A stretch of DNA of 64,000 nt from an uncultured Prevotella sp. Lineage in GTDB: Bacteria > Bacteroidota > Bacteroidia > Bacteroidales > Bacteroidaceae. A program made the position numbers and the translations under genes. Position 1 is the first letter of the stretch, and each line of letters starts with the position of its first letter. Below, in pieces: positions 16,895 through 26,536 of the stretch. The stretch is from positions 2,080 to 66,079 of the forward strand of contig CALUGP010000059.1 of the NCBI GenBank assembly GCA_944320195.1, in the 5' to 3' direction. The notes under the pieces were generated by a model, which saw nothing but the letters and a program-made list of their open reading frames with translations, ran no database searches and was not told the DNA's origin.

Positions 16895-19800
16895 TCAGTT
16901 GAAGTAGTACTTCACGCCGATCTGCATCTTCCAGCACTGGTCGTAGTTGCGGTTGAACGACCAGGTCTTCGTTGCAACTGGCAGGTCGCCCTTGCTTCCC
17001 CTGAACATCGAGAAGTAAGGAGTGCCGTTGTCTATCCTGTCAACCTGCAGTATTTGGCCGTTGTTGCATGCCGACATGTTCTTCTCCACGCCCCATTTCG
17101 AGTTGAATAGGTTGCCTACGTTCATGATGTCGAGGATGAGTTGCAGCGTGTGGTGCGTGCTGCCTACCTTCAGGTTGAAGTCATGAGTCCAACGGAAGTC
17201 GAAGCGGTGTACCCACGGAGCGTACACAGAGTAAGAGTCGGCGTACTCACCCTTGTGGTTCTTCAGGTAGTCGTCCTGGTTTACGAAGTCCCAGAAGAGC
17301 TGGCGGTCGCTTTCGTTGGTGAAGTTGATTTCGCTGTCGTTCTTCGGAATGTACATCAGGTCGTTGCCGCTGATACCGTCGCCGTTGAGGTCGCCGTAGT
17401 AAGTGTAGCTGTAGCCCGACGGCCTGTAGCCGGTGTAGAACAGCGAGAAGTTGTCGTTGTGGTACTTGTAGCTTGCCGAAGCGATGATGCGGTCAGGGAT
17501 GACATACTCCGAGTTGTGCACGTCGCCGTAGTTCGCTCCGTTGACGGTGAGGTTGCCCTGCCATGTAGAATACGGGTCGTTGCCCGGCATGCCGGATACT
17601 TCCTTCATCACGGTGTGGGTGTATGCGGCCATGAGGTGCAAGTCCTTGACAGGCTCTGCGGTTGCGGTGAAGTTGAGAGTCCAGCCGTGTCCGCGGCTCG
17701 TGTTCGTCAGTACGGATGCTCCGCTGCCCACATATGGCGCGTCGGGGTTGGCCTCGTCCTTTTTCGTCGGGTAGTAGAGGCTCGACGCATCGTAGATGAC
17801 ACGGTTGTCAGCTCCCTTCAAACGGTTTGCGTTGTCGCCCACCGGCTTGAAGTTGTAGTTGTTGATCATCACGTCGTTGATTTTCCTGATGTAGGTGAAC
17901 TCGCCCGTAAGGGTCAGCGGGAACGATACAGGGAACTGGTAGTCAACGGCGATTGACGTCTTCCATACCTGCGGCATCTTGAAGTCGGGGTCAACTCCGG
18001 CAATCTTGCTGGGCAGAGTTCCCTCCTCGGGAGTGATGCTCTCGGGTGCGCCGAGCAGCTCGCGTATCTGGTTTACGTCGGTAACGATACCGCCCTTGAA
18101 CTTGTCAAGCAGTGGGTCGCGGCCTGTAACGAGACCCGTAACGTTCTTGTCATAGCTGGTTACGGCGTTCACCAGGTTCTGCACCATGCCCGAGTTGGTA
18201 GGCATGTTGGTGAAGAACACAAGGGGAAGGCGGCCTGCGAAGAGACCCGTACCGCCGCGCACTTTGAGGCGTTTGTCGTTGAACACGTCCCAAGTGAAGC
18301 CGATACGCGGCGAGATCTGCACGTTGCTGCCCGGCCAGCGGCCAGTGTCGATGTGGCGTCCGCCGAAGTCGAGGTTGTAGATTGCGTTGTTGCGCATCAG
18401 GTCGTCGCTGTCAAACGAGAGCAGATCGAAGCGGATGCCGCCTGTAATCATGAGGTTGGGCAGGGCGTTCCACTCGTCTTGAACGTACCAGCCGTATTGG
18501 TTGAACTTCACCTCGGCTGCCGGGTTGGTCTCTCCGTTGTAGCCGTAGCTCAGGGCAACGGTCTCAGGTGCTGCGCCGTTCAGGAAGTCGTCGAGCGAGC
18601 GGTAGCGGTAATAGCCCGTGCCGTTGCGCATGTAAGAGTTGTTGGCCATCTGGTGCTCGAACTTGAATCCGGCCATGAGCTTATGGTCGCCGAGGTAATA
18701 CGTGAAGTTGTCGTTAAGCGTAAGGATCTTGTTCTGCACGCGGTTGTTGTGTGTGAACAACTCGTATCCGAAGCTCATGTACGGCTCCAGGGTCTGCATG
18801 TTGGTAGATGCGTCGTAGCCGTTCATGATGTCCACGAATGGGAATGGTGAAGAGTCAGAGCCGCGCTTTTCATCAATATTGGTATAGGTGAAGAGCAACT
18901 GGTTTGAGATGTTGTTGCCGAAGCGGCTGTTCAAGTCAGCGGAGATGGTGCTGACAGAGTTGTTCTGCGAGTACATCGAGTTGGAGAAGGCCATCGAGTA
19001 CTGCGAAAAGCGGTTCATGTTGTTAAGACGGAAGCCTGTATCGCTGGAGTTTCCGTTGGTTGAGTTCCACGCCGTGTTCTTGGTGTAGTTGTAACGCACG
19101 GCCAAGTGGTGGTTGTTGTTGATGTTCCAGTCCACGCGTGCAAGGAGCTTGAGGTTGTCCTCGTCGGCCGGGAAGCTGGTGTATGACCCCGGGTCGTATC
19201 CGTATTTGTCGATGAGGAAGTTGCGAACTTTCTCCATGTCGGCTATAGTGGTGCGCGAGATGTAGTTCTCCGGGTCGGCCACTCCGTCCTCAGAGGCGCG
19301 CCAGCGGTTGGCAACGGTCGGTATCTTTGAGTACTCGGCGTTGGCGAAGAAGAAGAGCTTGTCCTTCAGGATGGGGCCGCCGAGGGTGAATCCGTATGTG
19401 GTGTTGCGGTCGGTTCCGCGCTCGCCGAGGTCTTGGTTGGCCACGCGGTTGCCATGCATGTTCTCGTTGTTGTAGTAGATGTAGGCCGTGCCCTTGAACG
19501 TGTTGGTACCCGACTTTGTGACGGCGTTGATTCCTCCGCCGATGAAGTTGGTCTGGCGCACGTCATAGGGAGCTACCACTACCTGCACTTCGTCTATCGC
19601 GTCCATCGAGATAGGGTTGCCTCCGCCGGGCAGACCGTCGTTGAGGCCGAAGTTGTTGTTCAGGTTCGCGCCGTCAAGCGTGAAGTTGGTGGAGCGTCCG
19701 TCGCCGCCGCCCAGGCTCATGCCGTTGGCGTATGGCGATATGCGGGCGATGTCTTCGATGCTGCGGCTGACGGTGGGCAGCACCTGTATCTGCGCGTTGC

Positions 19801-20218
19801 TGATGTTCGTCGTGGCGCCGGTCTTCTCGGCTGCGAACTTAGACGCGCTGCCCACTACTACCACTTCGCCCAGCTCGTTGACGTCCTCTGAGATGGTGGC
19901 GTTGAGGTTGTAGGTCTCGCCGAGGGCGAGGTTGATGCCTGTGTAGTCCTTTTCGGCGTAGCCGATGTAGGTCACTTTCACCGTGTAAGGTCCGCCCACG
20001 CGCATACCCTGTATGGCCCAGCGGCCGTCTACGTTGGTCACGGCGTTGTAGGTTGTACCTGACGGTTCGTGTGTTACCCTGATTGTGGCGCCGATGATGT
20101 CCTCGCCGTCAGTGCCGGTAACCTGTCCGGCCATTGACGAAGTGGTGATCTGTGCGTTCACAACTGCTGCCGTCATGAGCATGACGGCTGCGAGAAATAG
20201 TCGCATTCTTTTTACCAT
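16895..20218 (-). CDS. TonB-dependent outer-membrane receptor with N-terminal carboxypeptidase-regulatory-like domain (no adjacent SusD)
   Basis: 1107 aa; signal peptide, CarboxypepD_reg-like GQVTGTDGEDIIGATIRV..., plug and beta-barrel, terminal aromatic ...KYYFN. Confidence 0.9.
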   Translation of the reverse strand: MVKRMRLFLAAVMLMTAAVVNAQITTSSMAGQVTGTDGEDIIGATIRVTHEPSGTTYNAVTNVDGRWAIQGMRVGGPYTVKVTYIGYAEKDYTGINLALGETYNLNATISEDVNELGEVVVVGSASKFAAEKTGATTNISNAQIQVLPTVSRSIEDIARISPYANGMSLGGGDGRSTNFTLDGANLNNNFGLNDGLPGGGNPISMDAIDEVQVVVAPYDVRQTNFIGGGINAVTKSGTNTFKGTAYIYYNNENMHGNRVANQDLGERGTDRNTTYGFTLGGPILKDKLFFFANAEYSKIPTVANRWRASEDGVADPENYISRTTIADMEKVRNFLIDKYGYDPGSYTSFPADEDNLKLLARVDWNINNNHHLAVRYNYTKNTAWNSTNGNSSDTGFRLNNMNRFSQYSMAFSNSMYSQNNSVSTISADLNSRFGNNISNQLLFTYTNIDEKRGSDSSPFPFVDIMNGYDASTNMQTLEPYMSFGYELFTHNNRVQNKILTLNDNFTYYLGDHKLMAGFKFEHQMANNSYMRNGTGYYRYRSLDDFLNGAAPETVALSYGYNGETNPAAEVKFNQYGWYVQDEWNALPNLMITGGIRFDLLSFDSDDLMRNNAIYNLDFGGRHIDTGRWPGSNVQISPRIGFTWDVFNDKRLKVRGGTGLFAGRLPLVFFTNMPTNSGMVQNLVNAVTSYDKNVTGLVTGRDPLLDKFKGGIVTDVNQIRELLGAPESITPEEGTLPSKIAGVDPDFKMPQVWKTSIAVDYQFPVSFPLTLTGEFTYIRKINDVMINNYNFKPVGDNANRLKGADNRVIYDASSLYYPTKKDEANPDAPYVGSGASVLTNTSRGHGWTLNFTATAEPVKDLHLMAAYTHTVMKEVSGMPGNDPYSTWQGNLTVNGANYGDVHNSEYVIPDRIIASASYKYHNDNFSLFYTGYRPSGYSYTYYGDLNGDGISGNDLMYIPKNDSEINFTNESDRQLFWDFVNQDDYLKNHKGEYADSYSVYAPWVHRFDFRWTHDFNLKVGSTHHTLQLILDIMNVGNLFNSKWGVEKNMSACNNGQILQVDRIDNGTPYFSMFRGSKGDLPVATKTWSFNRNYDQCWKMQIGVKYYFN

Positions 20219-20258
20219 GATGTTTAAATAAATTTGTTTAATACCTTGAAAACTGCCG

Positions 20259-20266
20259 CAAAGATA
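20259..20266 (-). promoter_or_regulatory. Bacteroidetes -7 box for the TonB-dependent receptor
   Basis: Minus-strand TATCTTTG about 40 nt upstream of ATG 20218. Confidence 0.45.
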
Positions 20267-20399
20267 AAAAGAATTTTGTGAACAGATGTTACAAATGCTT
20301 TAAAAGTGGGTAAAAAACGTATTTATATGCGCCTTCACGGGCTGTATTCGGGCGGTTGGCAGGGCGCTGCCCGGGCGGCGGACGGCGGCAGGCGCGTAA

Positions 20400-20529
20400 G
20401 TGGCTGACTGTAAGGGGAATGCTAAAAGGCCGTCTTTCGTCGTGCGAAAGACGGCCTTTTACTGTGCAAAAGATGGCCTTTTGGCTTGCGAAAGACGGTC
20501 TTTCGCAGAGCCGTTTGCGGCCTTTTGCT
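20400..20529. repeat. family A array, locus A6
   Basis: AAAAGGCCGTCTTTCGTCGTGCGAAAGACGGCCTTTT hairpin plus two further units. Confidence 0.85.
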
Positions 20530-20545
20530 GTGGGGCGCGCCGCCG

Positions 20546-21715
20546 TTACTTCAGAAGGGCCTCGATTTCGGCGTCAAGGTCCTTTATCTGTATGTCGCGC
20601 TTCTTCAGCGTATTGTCACGCCCGATGAGGAAGAACGTCGGTATGGACTGTATGTTGTACATCGCGAGGTTGCGCGACTGCAGCCCCTCTCCGTCGCGGA
20701 CGCTTATCCATGGCAGCGCGGCCGTCTGCGTCTTCCAGAAGTGTTCGTCCGGGTCCAGCGATATCTGGTATATCTCCAGGCCGCGGCCGTGGTACTTGTT
20801 GTATATCTCTCGCATCTGCATTATGCGCTTCGTAGAGCCTTCCGAGCCGAACACGTGGAAGTCGAGCATCACCACCTTGCCCTTCAGGTCGGTCAGGCGG
20901 CGCGTCTGTCCCTTGTTGTCCAGCAGCGAGATGTCTATCAGGTCGGCCACGCGCACCTTGCTCGCGTCCACCATCTCGGCCGCTCTCTGGTTCTTCACGA
21001 TGCGGATGTCGCGCATGCCTTGTATCGCGATGTTGTGCAGGTTCTGTCCGCGCACGGCCTTCGGGTGGTAAGTGTCCCAACTTGTGGCCACCGCCGCGAA
21101 GGCCTTTATGTCGTCCTCGTTCTCACGCGGGTTGAATATCAGCATGTTGCCGAGCGTCTGGAACAGTGCGAAATACGACGAGGCGCGCATCGGGGCCTTG
21201 TATATGTAGTTCAGCTTGATGTCCTTCTTGTACGCTTCTATCATCCTTGCGATGCTGTCGTTGGTCTGGTCGAAGCCCAGCGTTGCGTTGCGTTGTACGG
21301 CGATTACGCGCCTCTGGAGGTCTATCTGCTTCAAGGCAAGCTCCTTGATGGTGGCGCATTCGGCCGAGCCTTCAACCGTGTAGCCCGTCGCCATGGCGGG
21401 ATACGAGGCCTTGACGGTGATTGTCTCGGTGGAGTCTACGCTCAGGTTGATTATCTGTCCGGCAATGCGCAGGCGGTAGAATTCGGGCGCTTCGGGCGCT
21501 TTCTCGCTGAAGCTGAAGGCTCCGTCGCCGCCGAGCTTCACCGAGTCTACCGTCACCGGGCCGTCAAGGCTCATGTTCTCAAAGTAAAGCACTGAGTCCT
21601 TGGCCTCGGCTATTTCGCCTTTCACGTTGAATTTCCTGTTGTCGCACGAGCCAAGCGCAATGACGACGGCTGCCGCTACGGCAAAGGTTGATAGTCTGTT
21701 GAATGTGGATTTCAT
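20546..21715 (-). CDS. thioredoxin-fold (TlpA/AhpC-like) lipoprotein with DUF4369-like N-domain; CxxC replaced by SEGS
   Basis: Lipobox ALGSC after MKSTFNRLSTFAVAAAVVI (ATG 21715); GKVVMLDFHVFGSEGST aligns with the GKvvLlDFWASWCGPC of TlpA proteins. Confidence 0.75.
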   Translation of the reverse strand: MKSTFNRLSTFAVAAAVVIALGSCDNRKFNVKGEIAEAKDSVLYFENMSLDGPVTVDSVKLGGDGAFSFSEKAPEAPEFYRLRIAGQIINLSVDSTETITVKASYPAMATGYTVEGSAECATIKELALKQIDLQRRVIAVQRNATLGFDQTNDSIARMIEAYKKDIKLNYIYKAPMRASSYFALFQTLGNMLIFNPRENEDDIKAFAAVATSWDTYHPKAVRGQNLHNIAIQGMRDIRIVKNQRAAEMVDASKVRVADLIDISLLDNKGQTRRLTDLKGKVVMLDFHVFGSEGSTKRIMQMREIYNKYHGRGLEIYQISLDPDEHFWKTQTAALPWISVRDGEGLQSRNLAMYNIQSIPTFFLIGRDNTLKKRDIQIKDLDAEIEALLK

Positions 21716-21744
21716 CTTTATTTGTGTTTTTTTGTTTCCTTGTT

Positions 21745-22131
21745 TTAGCCGGCCAGCGCCTTGGCCAGCTGTGTTCCGGCCGCCGCGGCGAGTATTCCCA
21801 CGGCCACGCTGACACCGATGTATAGGGCCGGGAGCAGCGCGTCGCCGCCCTTGGCGAGGGTGAGCGACTCGTTGGCGAACGTGCTGAACGTTGTGAATCC
21901 GCCGCAGAAGCCCGCGGTGAGCGCCAGCTTCAGGCCGTCCCACTGGCCATCGCCGCCGCCTATTGGCAGGCCGCCGATGAAGCCGATGAGCAGGCATCCG
22001 GCTATGTTTACAGTCATCGTGCCCCACGGGAAAGCCGAAGCCGCCGCGCCTTGTACGGCCTTTGACAGCAGGTAGCGCGCCACGCTGCCAACCGCTCCGC
22101 CTGCGGCTACGAGCAAAATGTTCCTCAACAT
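21745..22131 (-). CDS. crcB: fluoride ion channel CrcB/FluC
   Basis: 128 aa, 4 TM; GGAVGSVARY and GFCGGFTTFSTF signature. Confidence 0.9.
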   Translation of the reverse strand: MLRNILLVAAGGAVGSVARYLLSKAVQGAAASAFPWGTMTVNIAGCLLIGFIGGLPIGGGDGQWDGLKLALTAGFCGGFTTFSTFANESLTLAKGGDALLPALYIGVSVAVGILAAAAGTQLAKALAG

Positions 22132-22194
22132 GTGTGCAAAGGTAATGTAAGTATGGGTAAGAACAAAAAAGATGGAGTTAAAGATAATGAAAGA

Positions 22195-22223
22195 ACGGCG
22201 GCGGCATCGTGTGCCGCCGCCGT
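22195..22223 (-). terminator. intrinsic terminator candidate downstream of pnp
   Basis: ACGGCGGCGGCA-tcgtg-TGCCGCCGCCGT 12-bp GC stem; minus strand continues TCTTTCATTATCTTT. Confidence 0.65.
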
Positions 22224-22246
22224 GGTGTTATTGGCTATTGACTTTG

Positions 22247-24565
22247 TCAGAAGTCGCCGTGGTCAAGGCTGTCGTTGAAGTCGCGCGGCTCTTTCGGCGC
22301 CAGGGGGTCGTGGTATTCGTCACGTCCCGGACGGTGCTCGAAGCGGCGTTGCTCCCTCTCCCTGCGTTCTCCGCGCTCAGGACGGGGGCGGCGCTCGGGC
22401 CTGGGTCGGCGCTCACGCTCTACGTAGCCTTCCGGTTTCGGTATCAGCACGCGGTGAGAGAGCTTGTACTTGCCCGTCTTCGGGTCGATTTCCATGAGCT
22501 TGACGGTTATCTTGTCGCCCTCTTTCAGGCCGGCTTCCTCTACGGTCTCAAGGCGTTTCCAGTCTATTTCAGAGATGTGGAGCAGTCCGTCCTTGCCCGG
22601 CAGAATCTCTACGAAGCAGCCGTAGGGCATGATTGAGCGGATGGTTCCCTCGTAAACCTCGCCCACTTCGGGTATTGCGACGATGGCCTTTATCTTGGCT
22701 ATGGCCTTCTGTATGCTCTCCTTGTTGGGCGCGCTCACCTGGACTTTGCCCACTCCGTCGATTTCGTCGATGGTGATGGTGGCTCCGCTCTCTTCCTGCA
22801 TCTGCTGGATTATCTTTCCTCCGGGGCCTATTACGGCTCCGATGAACTCCTTGGGAATGTCAAACGCCTCGATGCGCGGTACCTGCGGCTTCAGCTCGGC
22901 GCGCGGTTCGCTTATGGTGTCGGTCAGCTTGCCGAGTATGTACTCGCGGCCGGCCTTTGCCTGCATGAGCGCTTTCTCGAGAATGTCGAAGCTCAGGCCG
23001 TCGCACTTGATGTCCATCTGCGTTGCCGTGAGTCCGTCTTTGGTTCCGGTGGTCTTGAAGTCCATGTCGCCGAGGTGGTCCTCGTCGCCGAGGATGTCGC
23101 TAAGCACGGCGTACTTGTCTTCTCCGGGGTTCTTTATCAAGCCCATGGCGATGCCGCTCACGGGCTTCTTCATCGGCACGCCGGCGTCCATGAGGGCCAA
23201 TGTTCCTGCGCAGACGGTGGCCATTGACGACGAGCCGTTGCTCTCGAGTATCTGCGATACGAGGCGTACCGTGTAGGGGAATTCCTCGGGAATCTGGCCT
23301 TTCAGCGCGCGCCAAGCCAAGTGGCCGTGGCCTATCTCGCGGCGGCCTACGCCGCGCTGCGCCTTGGCTTCGCCCGTGCAGAAGGGCGGGAAGTTGTAGT
23401 GCAGCAGGAAACGCTGGTAAGAGCGGTCGAGAACGTCGTCTACGAGCTTCTCGTCGAGCTTCGTTCCGAGTGTGCAGGTGGTGAGGCTCTGCGTCTCGCC
23501 GCGCGTGAAGATGGAGCTTCCGTGGGGCATGGGCAGGGGTGACACCTCGCACCAGATGGGGCGAATCTCGTCGGTCTTGCGGCCGTCGAGACGCTTGCCC
23601 TCGTCGAGGATGCAGCGGCGCATGGCGTCGCGCATCACGTCGTGGTAGTAGCGGTCTACGAGAGCGTACTTCTCCTCAAGCTCCTCTTCGCTGAGGTCGG
23701 TGTGAGCCGAGGCGTAAGCCTCCTCGAAGTCGGCCTTTATCTTGTCGAAAGCTTCTTCGCGGGCCTTCTTGTCGTGGTCGCCGGCCTCGGCTATTGCGTA
23801 GCACTTGTCGTAGGTTTCCTTGCGCAGCTGTTCGCGCAGCTCCTCGTCGTTCACTTCGTGGCAGTACTCGCGCTTCACGTCGGTGCCCAGCTCCTTCATC
23901 AGCTCTTCCTGGAGCACGCACATCGGGCGGATGGCCTCCTGGGCGGTCTTGAGGGCCTGGAGCAGGTCTTGCTCAGACACTTCCTTCATCTCGCCTTCTA
24001 CCATCATGATGTTGTCCTTAGACGCTCCCACCATGATGTCCATGTCGGCTTCCTTCATCTGCTCGAACGTCGGGTCAACGACGTACTCGCCGCCTACGCG
24101 TGCCACGCGCACTTCTGATATCGGGCACTCGAACGGTATGTCAGAGCATGCCAGGGCGCAAGAGGCCGCGAAGCCTGCCAGGGCGTCGGGCTGGTCAACG
24201 CCGTCGGCGGAGAAAAGGATGATGTTTACATAAACCTCGGCGTGGAAGTCTGCCGGGAATAACGGGCGCAAGGCGCGGTCTACAAGACGGCAAGTCAGGA
24301 TCTCGTTGTCGCTTGCCTTGCCTTCGCGCTTCGTGAAGCCGCCGGGGAAACGGCCCGCTGCGGCGTATTGTTCTCTGTACTCAACCTGCAAAGGCATGAA
24401 ATCTGTTCCGGGAACTGCATCTTTTGCGGCACAAACGGTGGCGAGCAATACCGTGTTGCCCATGCGGAGCACGCAGGAGCCGTCAGCCTGTTTTGCCACT
24501 TTCCCGGTTTCAATGCTGATGGTCCTTCCATCAGGCAATGAAACTGTTTTTGTAATTACGTTCAT
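22247..24565 (-). CDS. pnp: polynucleotide phosphorylase with about 65-aa Arg/Glu-rich C-terminal tail
   Basis: Two RNase PH domains, KH ([12 protein letters not shown]) and S1 ([20 protein letters not shown]) domains, then ...[26 protein letters not shown]... Confidence 0.97.
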   Translation of the reverse strand: MNVITKTVSLPDGRTISIETGKVAKQADGSCVLRMGNTVLLATVCAAKDAVPGTDFMPLQVEYREQYAAAGRFPGGFTKREGKASDNEILTCRLVDRALRPLFPADFHAEVYVNIILFSADGVDQPDALAGFAASCALACSDIPFECPISEVRVARVGGEYVVDPTFEQMKEADMDIMVGASKDNIMMVEGEMKEVSEQDLLQALKTAQEAIRPMCVLQEELMKELGTDVKREYCHEVNDEELREQLRKETYDKCYAIAEAGDHDKKAREEAFDKIKADFEEAYASAHTDLSEEELEEKYALVDRYYHDVMRDAMRRCILDEGKRLDGRKTDEIRPIWCEVSPLPMPHGSSIFTRGETQSLTTCTLGTKLDEKLVDDVLDRSYQRFLLHYNFPPFCTGEAKAQRGVGRREIGHGHLAWRALKGQIPEEFPYTVRLVSQILESNGSSSMATVCAGTLALMDAGVPMKKPVSGIAMGLIKNPGEDKYAVLSDILGDEDHLGDMDFKTTGTKDGLTATQMDIKCDGLSFDILEKALMQAKAGREYILGKLTDTISEPRAELKPQVPRIEAFDIPKEFIGAVIGPGGKIIQQMQEESGATITIDEIDGVGKVQVSAPNKESIQKAIAKIKAIVAIPEVGEVYEGTIRSIMPYGCFVEILPGKDGLLHISEIDWKRLETVEEAGLKEGDKITVKLMEIDPKTGKYKLSHRVLIPKPEGYVERERRPRPERRPRPERGERREREQRRFEHRPGRDEYHDPLAPKEPRDFNDSLDHGDF

Positions 24566-24606
24566 CTAAAAATCGAAAAAATATCTTTTTACATCAAAAA
24601 ATCGTC

Positions 24607-24614
24607 CAAAGGTA
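24607..24614 (-). promoter_or_regulatory. Bacteroidetes -7 box for pnp
   Basis: Minus-strand TACCTTTG 42 nt upstream of ATG 24565. Confidence 0.45.
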
Positions 24615-24780
24615 CTTATTTTTTGCCGAACACAACGATGTTTTGGATTAAATCTGCATTAAATTGTCATTTTTTCACCTTGTGGGCGGGCATTGCCGCG
24701 CCCGGCGCGGCATAAAACCGTGTGCGCCGGCGGCGGTTGTTTCCGCAGCGCAGTGCCGCCAGTGGCGGTGCCGCGTGTAA

Positions 24781-24892
24781 CATGTTGATTGCCAGGCTGT
24801 TATGAAACGCCTCGCAAAAGGCCGTCTTTTAGCTTGTGAAAGACGGCCTTTTGGCGTGCGTTTTGCGGCCTTTTGCAGGGCGAAAGGCCATG
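24781..24892. repeat. family A array, locus A7
   Basis: GCAAAAGGCCGTCTTTTAGCTTGTGAAAGACGGCCTTTTGG hairpin plus GCGGCCTTTTGCAGGGCGAAAGGCC. Confidence 0.85.
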
Positions 24893-24908
24893 TGTTGCTA
24901 TTGCGTTG

Positions 24909-25562
24909 TCATAGATACAGCAGGCTCTCGGGCCCCATGTTGAAGAGCAGGTCGAGTATGCTGAGGTTTGGCAGGAAGCCGTGCTTCGCCTCGTACACCT
25001 GGTAGTAGCGGCGCGGCGAGAACCCAGGGTCGGGCAGGGGATGCTTCGGGCGGATGGCGTCGCGGAAGTCCGCCGTGCCGGCGAGCGCCGGGTCGTCGGC
25101 CGCGATGTACTCCGCCGTGGGGCCTGCGTCGGGCGAAATGCCGATCAATTCGCACATTTTTGCGCATATCTCCATGTTGAAGTCATACAGGAACGTCCAC
25201 CGCCGCTCGAAGAACGGGCGCACGTCGTCGGCGTAAAACTCGAAGAACGGCGACTCGCCGTATGCGCTCGCCAGCGCGTTCCAGTGCAGGTGGCGCCAGT
25301 TGCCGTGGTCGCTTATGCGCACGTCCCTCGTCAGGCACTTTCTTGTTGGCTGCGCATTGGCTGCCTCCGAGCCGTCCGAGCCGCGCTCCACGGGCACCGT
25401 CAGCGCCTGCACTCCGGCCGTTGTGGCTATGAGGCAGCGGTTGCGGTAGGTCTGCTTTATGAAGCTGTCATGGGCTTCTATCTCCACCTTGTCGTACCGG
25501 TGGAGCTTCTGGTACCATTGTATCGGGGCGAAATACGCCGATGAAAGAAGTGCTTGTGACAT
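24909..25562 (-). CDS. WbqC family protein
   Basis: SAYFAPIQWYQKL..., QTYRNRC, ILDLLFNMGPE motifs of the WbqC family. Confidence 0.85.
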   Translation of the reverse strand: MSQALLSSAYFAPIQWYQKLHRYDKVEIEAHDSFIKQTYRNRCLIATTAGVQALTVPVERGSDGSEAANAQPTRKCLTRDVRISDHGNWRHLHWNALASAYGESPFFEFYADDVRPFFERRWTFLYDFNMEICAKMCELIGISPDAGPTAEYIAADDPALAGTADFRDAIRPKHPLPDPGFSPRRYYQVYEAKHGFLPNLSILDLLFNMGPESLLYL

Positions 25563-25566
25563 TTTT

Positions 25567-25660
25567 CAGGAGTTAAAGGAGTTGTTTCCAGAAGTTAAGG
25601 GAGTTAAAGAAGTTGTCGCTCGCTGCGCTCGCCAAGACGTTAAAGACGTATGCTTTGCCG
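25567..25660. repeat. family B half element, locus B3 (GGAGTTAAAG words)
   Basis: AGGAGTTAAAGGAGTTGTTTCCAGAAGTTAAGGGAGTTAAAGAAGTTG; no matching right arm seen; followed by C and D modules. Confidence 0.6.
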
Positions 25661-25672
25661 CCTTGGCGTATC

Positions 25673-25820
25673 TGGCTCATTGGGCCAATCGGGCATATTG
25701 GGCCTGATAAGCCATATAAGCCGAATGAGCCTGATGCGCCCTAAGCTGCCTGCAAGTCATTTGAAGCTCCCTCACCTGGGTCTGGTTGGAGAGGGTGTCT
25801 GGCCGGGTTGGGGTGATTTG
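25673..25820 (+). repeat. family C plus degenerate family D
   Basis: TGGCTCATTGGGCCAATCGGGCATATTGGGCCTGATAAGCCATATAAGCCGAATGAGCCTGATGCGCC ... GAAGCTCCCTCACCTGGG...GGTTGGGGTG. Overlaps the 3' end of the 25772 CDS. Confidence 0.7.
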
Positions 25821-26431
25821 TACAGCCTCGTCATCACCCTCCCTATTATGTGGTTGTCGGGAACGAGCGCGCCCGTCGTGCCGTCCTTGAATCCGTCGGG
25901 GCATGAAGGCGCGAGCCAGTAATAGTCATACTTGAACACGGCGCAGTCTTCCGCCCTGCCGCCAACATGCAGCCTTCCGCCACGGATGTCGGCCTTGCGC
26001 CCCTCATACCTATTATATATGTGGCAGATTAGCCCGATGTTTTCTTTCGTTACGGCCACCGCCTCGCCCCGGTGGGGCAGCGCCAAGGCCGCGCTCCACG
26101 CCCTCACGGTGTCTCCCGGCACGGCGGTGCAGAAGTAAGCCATCGTCTTCCGCCTGTGCACAGGCCGCAGGGTGTCCTCCGGCGAGTTGAAAACCACCAG
26201 CTCGCCGCGCCCCGTCGGTCTTGCCGCCCACCGCGCGTAGCCGAACGTCGCGCCGCCGCCCGTGCGCAGGCCATAGCTCCAACGGTTCACCAGCACACGG
26301 TCGCCGTCGTTGAAGGCGGGGCATAGGGCCGTGCCCCTTACCGTGTACACGGTGAACGCCAAGGCGCGGAAAGCCAACATCAGCAAGATTGTGACCGTCA
26401 GCGCCATCACAAACTTGAGCGCACTCTTCAT
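25772..26431 (-). CDS. signal peptidase I (S26) paralogue, apparently lacking the Ser/Lys dyad
   Basis: N-terminal TM and S26 fold blocks (GDRVLVNRWSYG, VPGDTV, YYWLA...DNHIIGRV). By eye alignment to the adjacent LepB the nucleophile Ser is Ala and the general-base Lys is Tyr. Last 17 codons lie in a family-D repeat. Confidence 0.65.
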   Translation of the reverse strand: MKSALKFVMALTVTILLMLAFRALAFTVYTVRGTALCPAFNDGDRVLVNRWSYGLRTGGGATFGYARWAARPTGRGELVVFNSPEDTLRPVHRRKTMAYFCTAVPGDTVRAWSAALALPHRGEAVAVTKENIGLICHIYNRYEGRKADIRGGRLHVGGRAEDCAVFKYDYYWLAPSCPDGFKDGTTGALVPDNHIIGRVMTRLYKSPQPGQTPSPTRPR

Positions 26432-26436
26432 AGTTT

Positions 26437-26536
26437 TGAGAATTAAGAATTAAGAGTTAAGAATTAAGAAAATATGCTTTGAGTGTTCATTCCTGCAAAG
26501 GTGATTTTCTTAATTCTTAACTCTTCACTCTTCACT
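26437..26536. repeat. family B word-palindrome, locus B4
   Basis: GAGAATTAAGAATTAAGAGTTAAGAATTAAGAAAA / TTTTCTTAATTCTTAACTCTTCACTC arms around ..TATGCTTTGAG...CTGCAAAGGTGA..; between lepB and its paralogue. Confidence 0.85.

Noticed and set aside
22132-22246. Fluoride riboswitch (crcB motif) expected upstream of crcB.
   Set aside because: The 115-nt gap contains only the pnp terminator hairpin and a TACCTTTG box 5 nt from the crcB ATG. I could not find the conserved GGnGAUG...AACCGCC...AUGAUGCC-type elements. crcB appears riboswitch-less here, but a covariance-model scan (Rfam RF01734) would be needed to be certain.
24680-24800. GC-rich structured stretch (TGCCGCGCCCGGCGCGGCA and others) between wbqC and the pnp promoter, as a possible ncRNA or terminator.
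   Set aside because: It contains only short hairpins without a U-tract on the relevant strand, no similarity to the other repeat families and no recognisable motif. There is insufficient evidence to call a feature.
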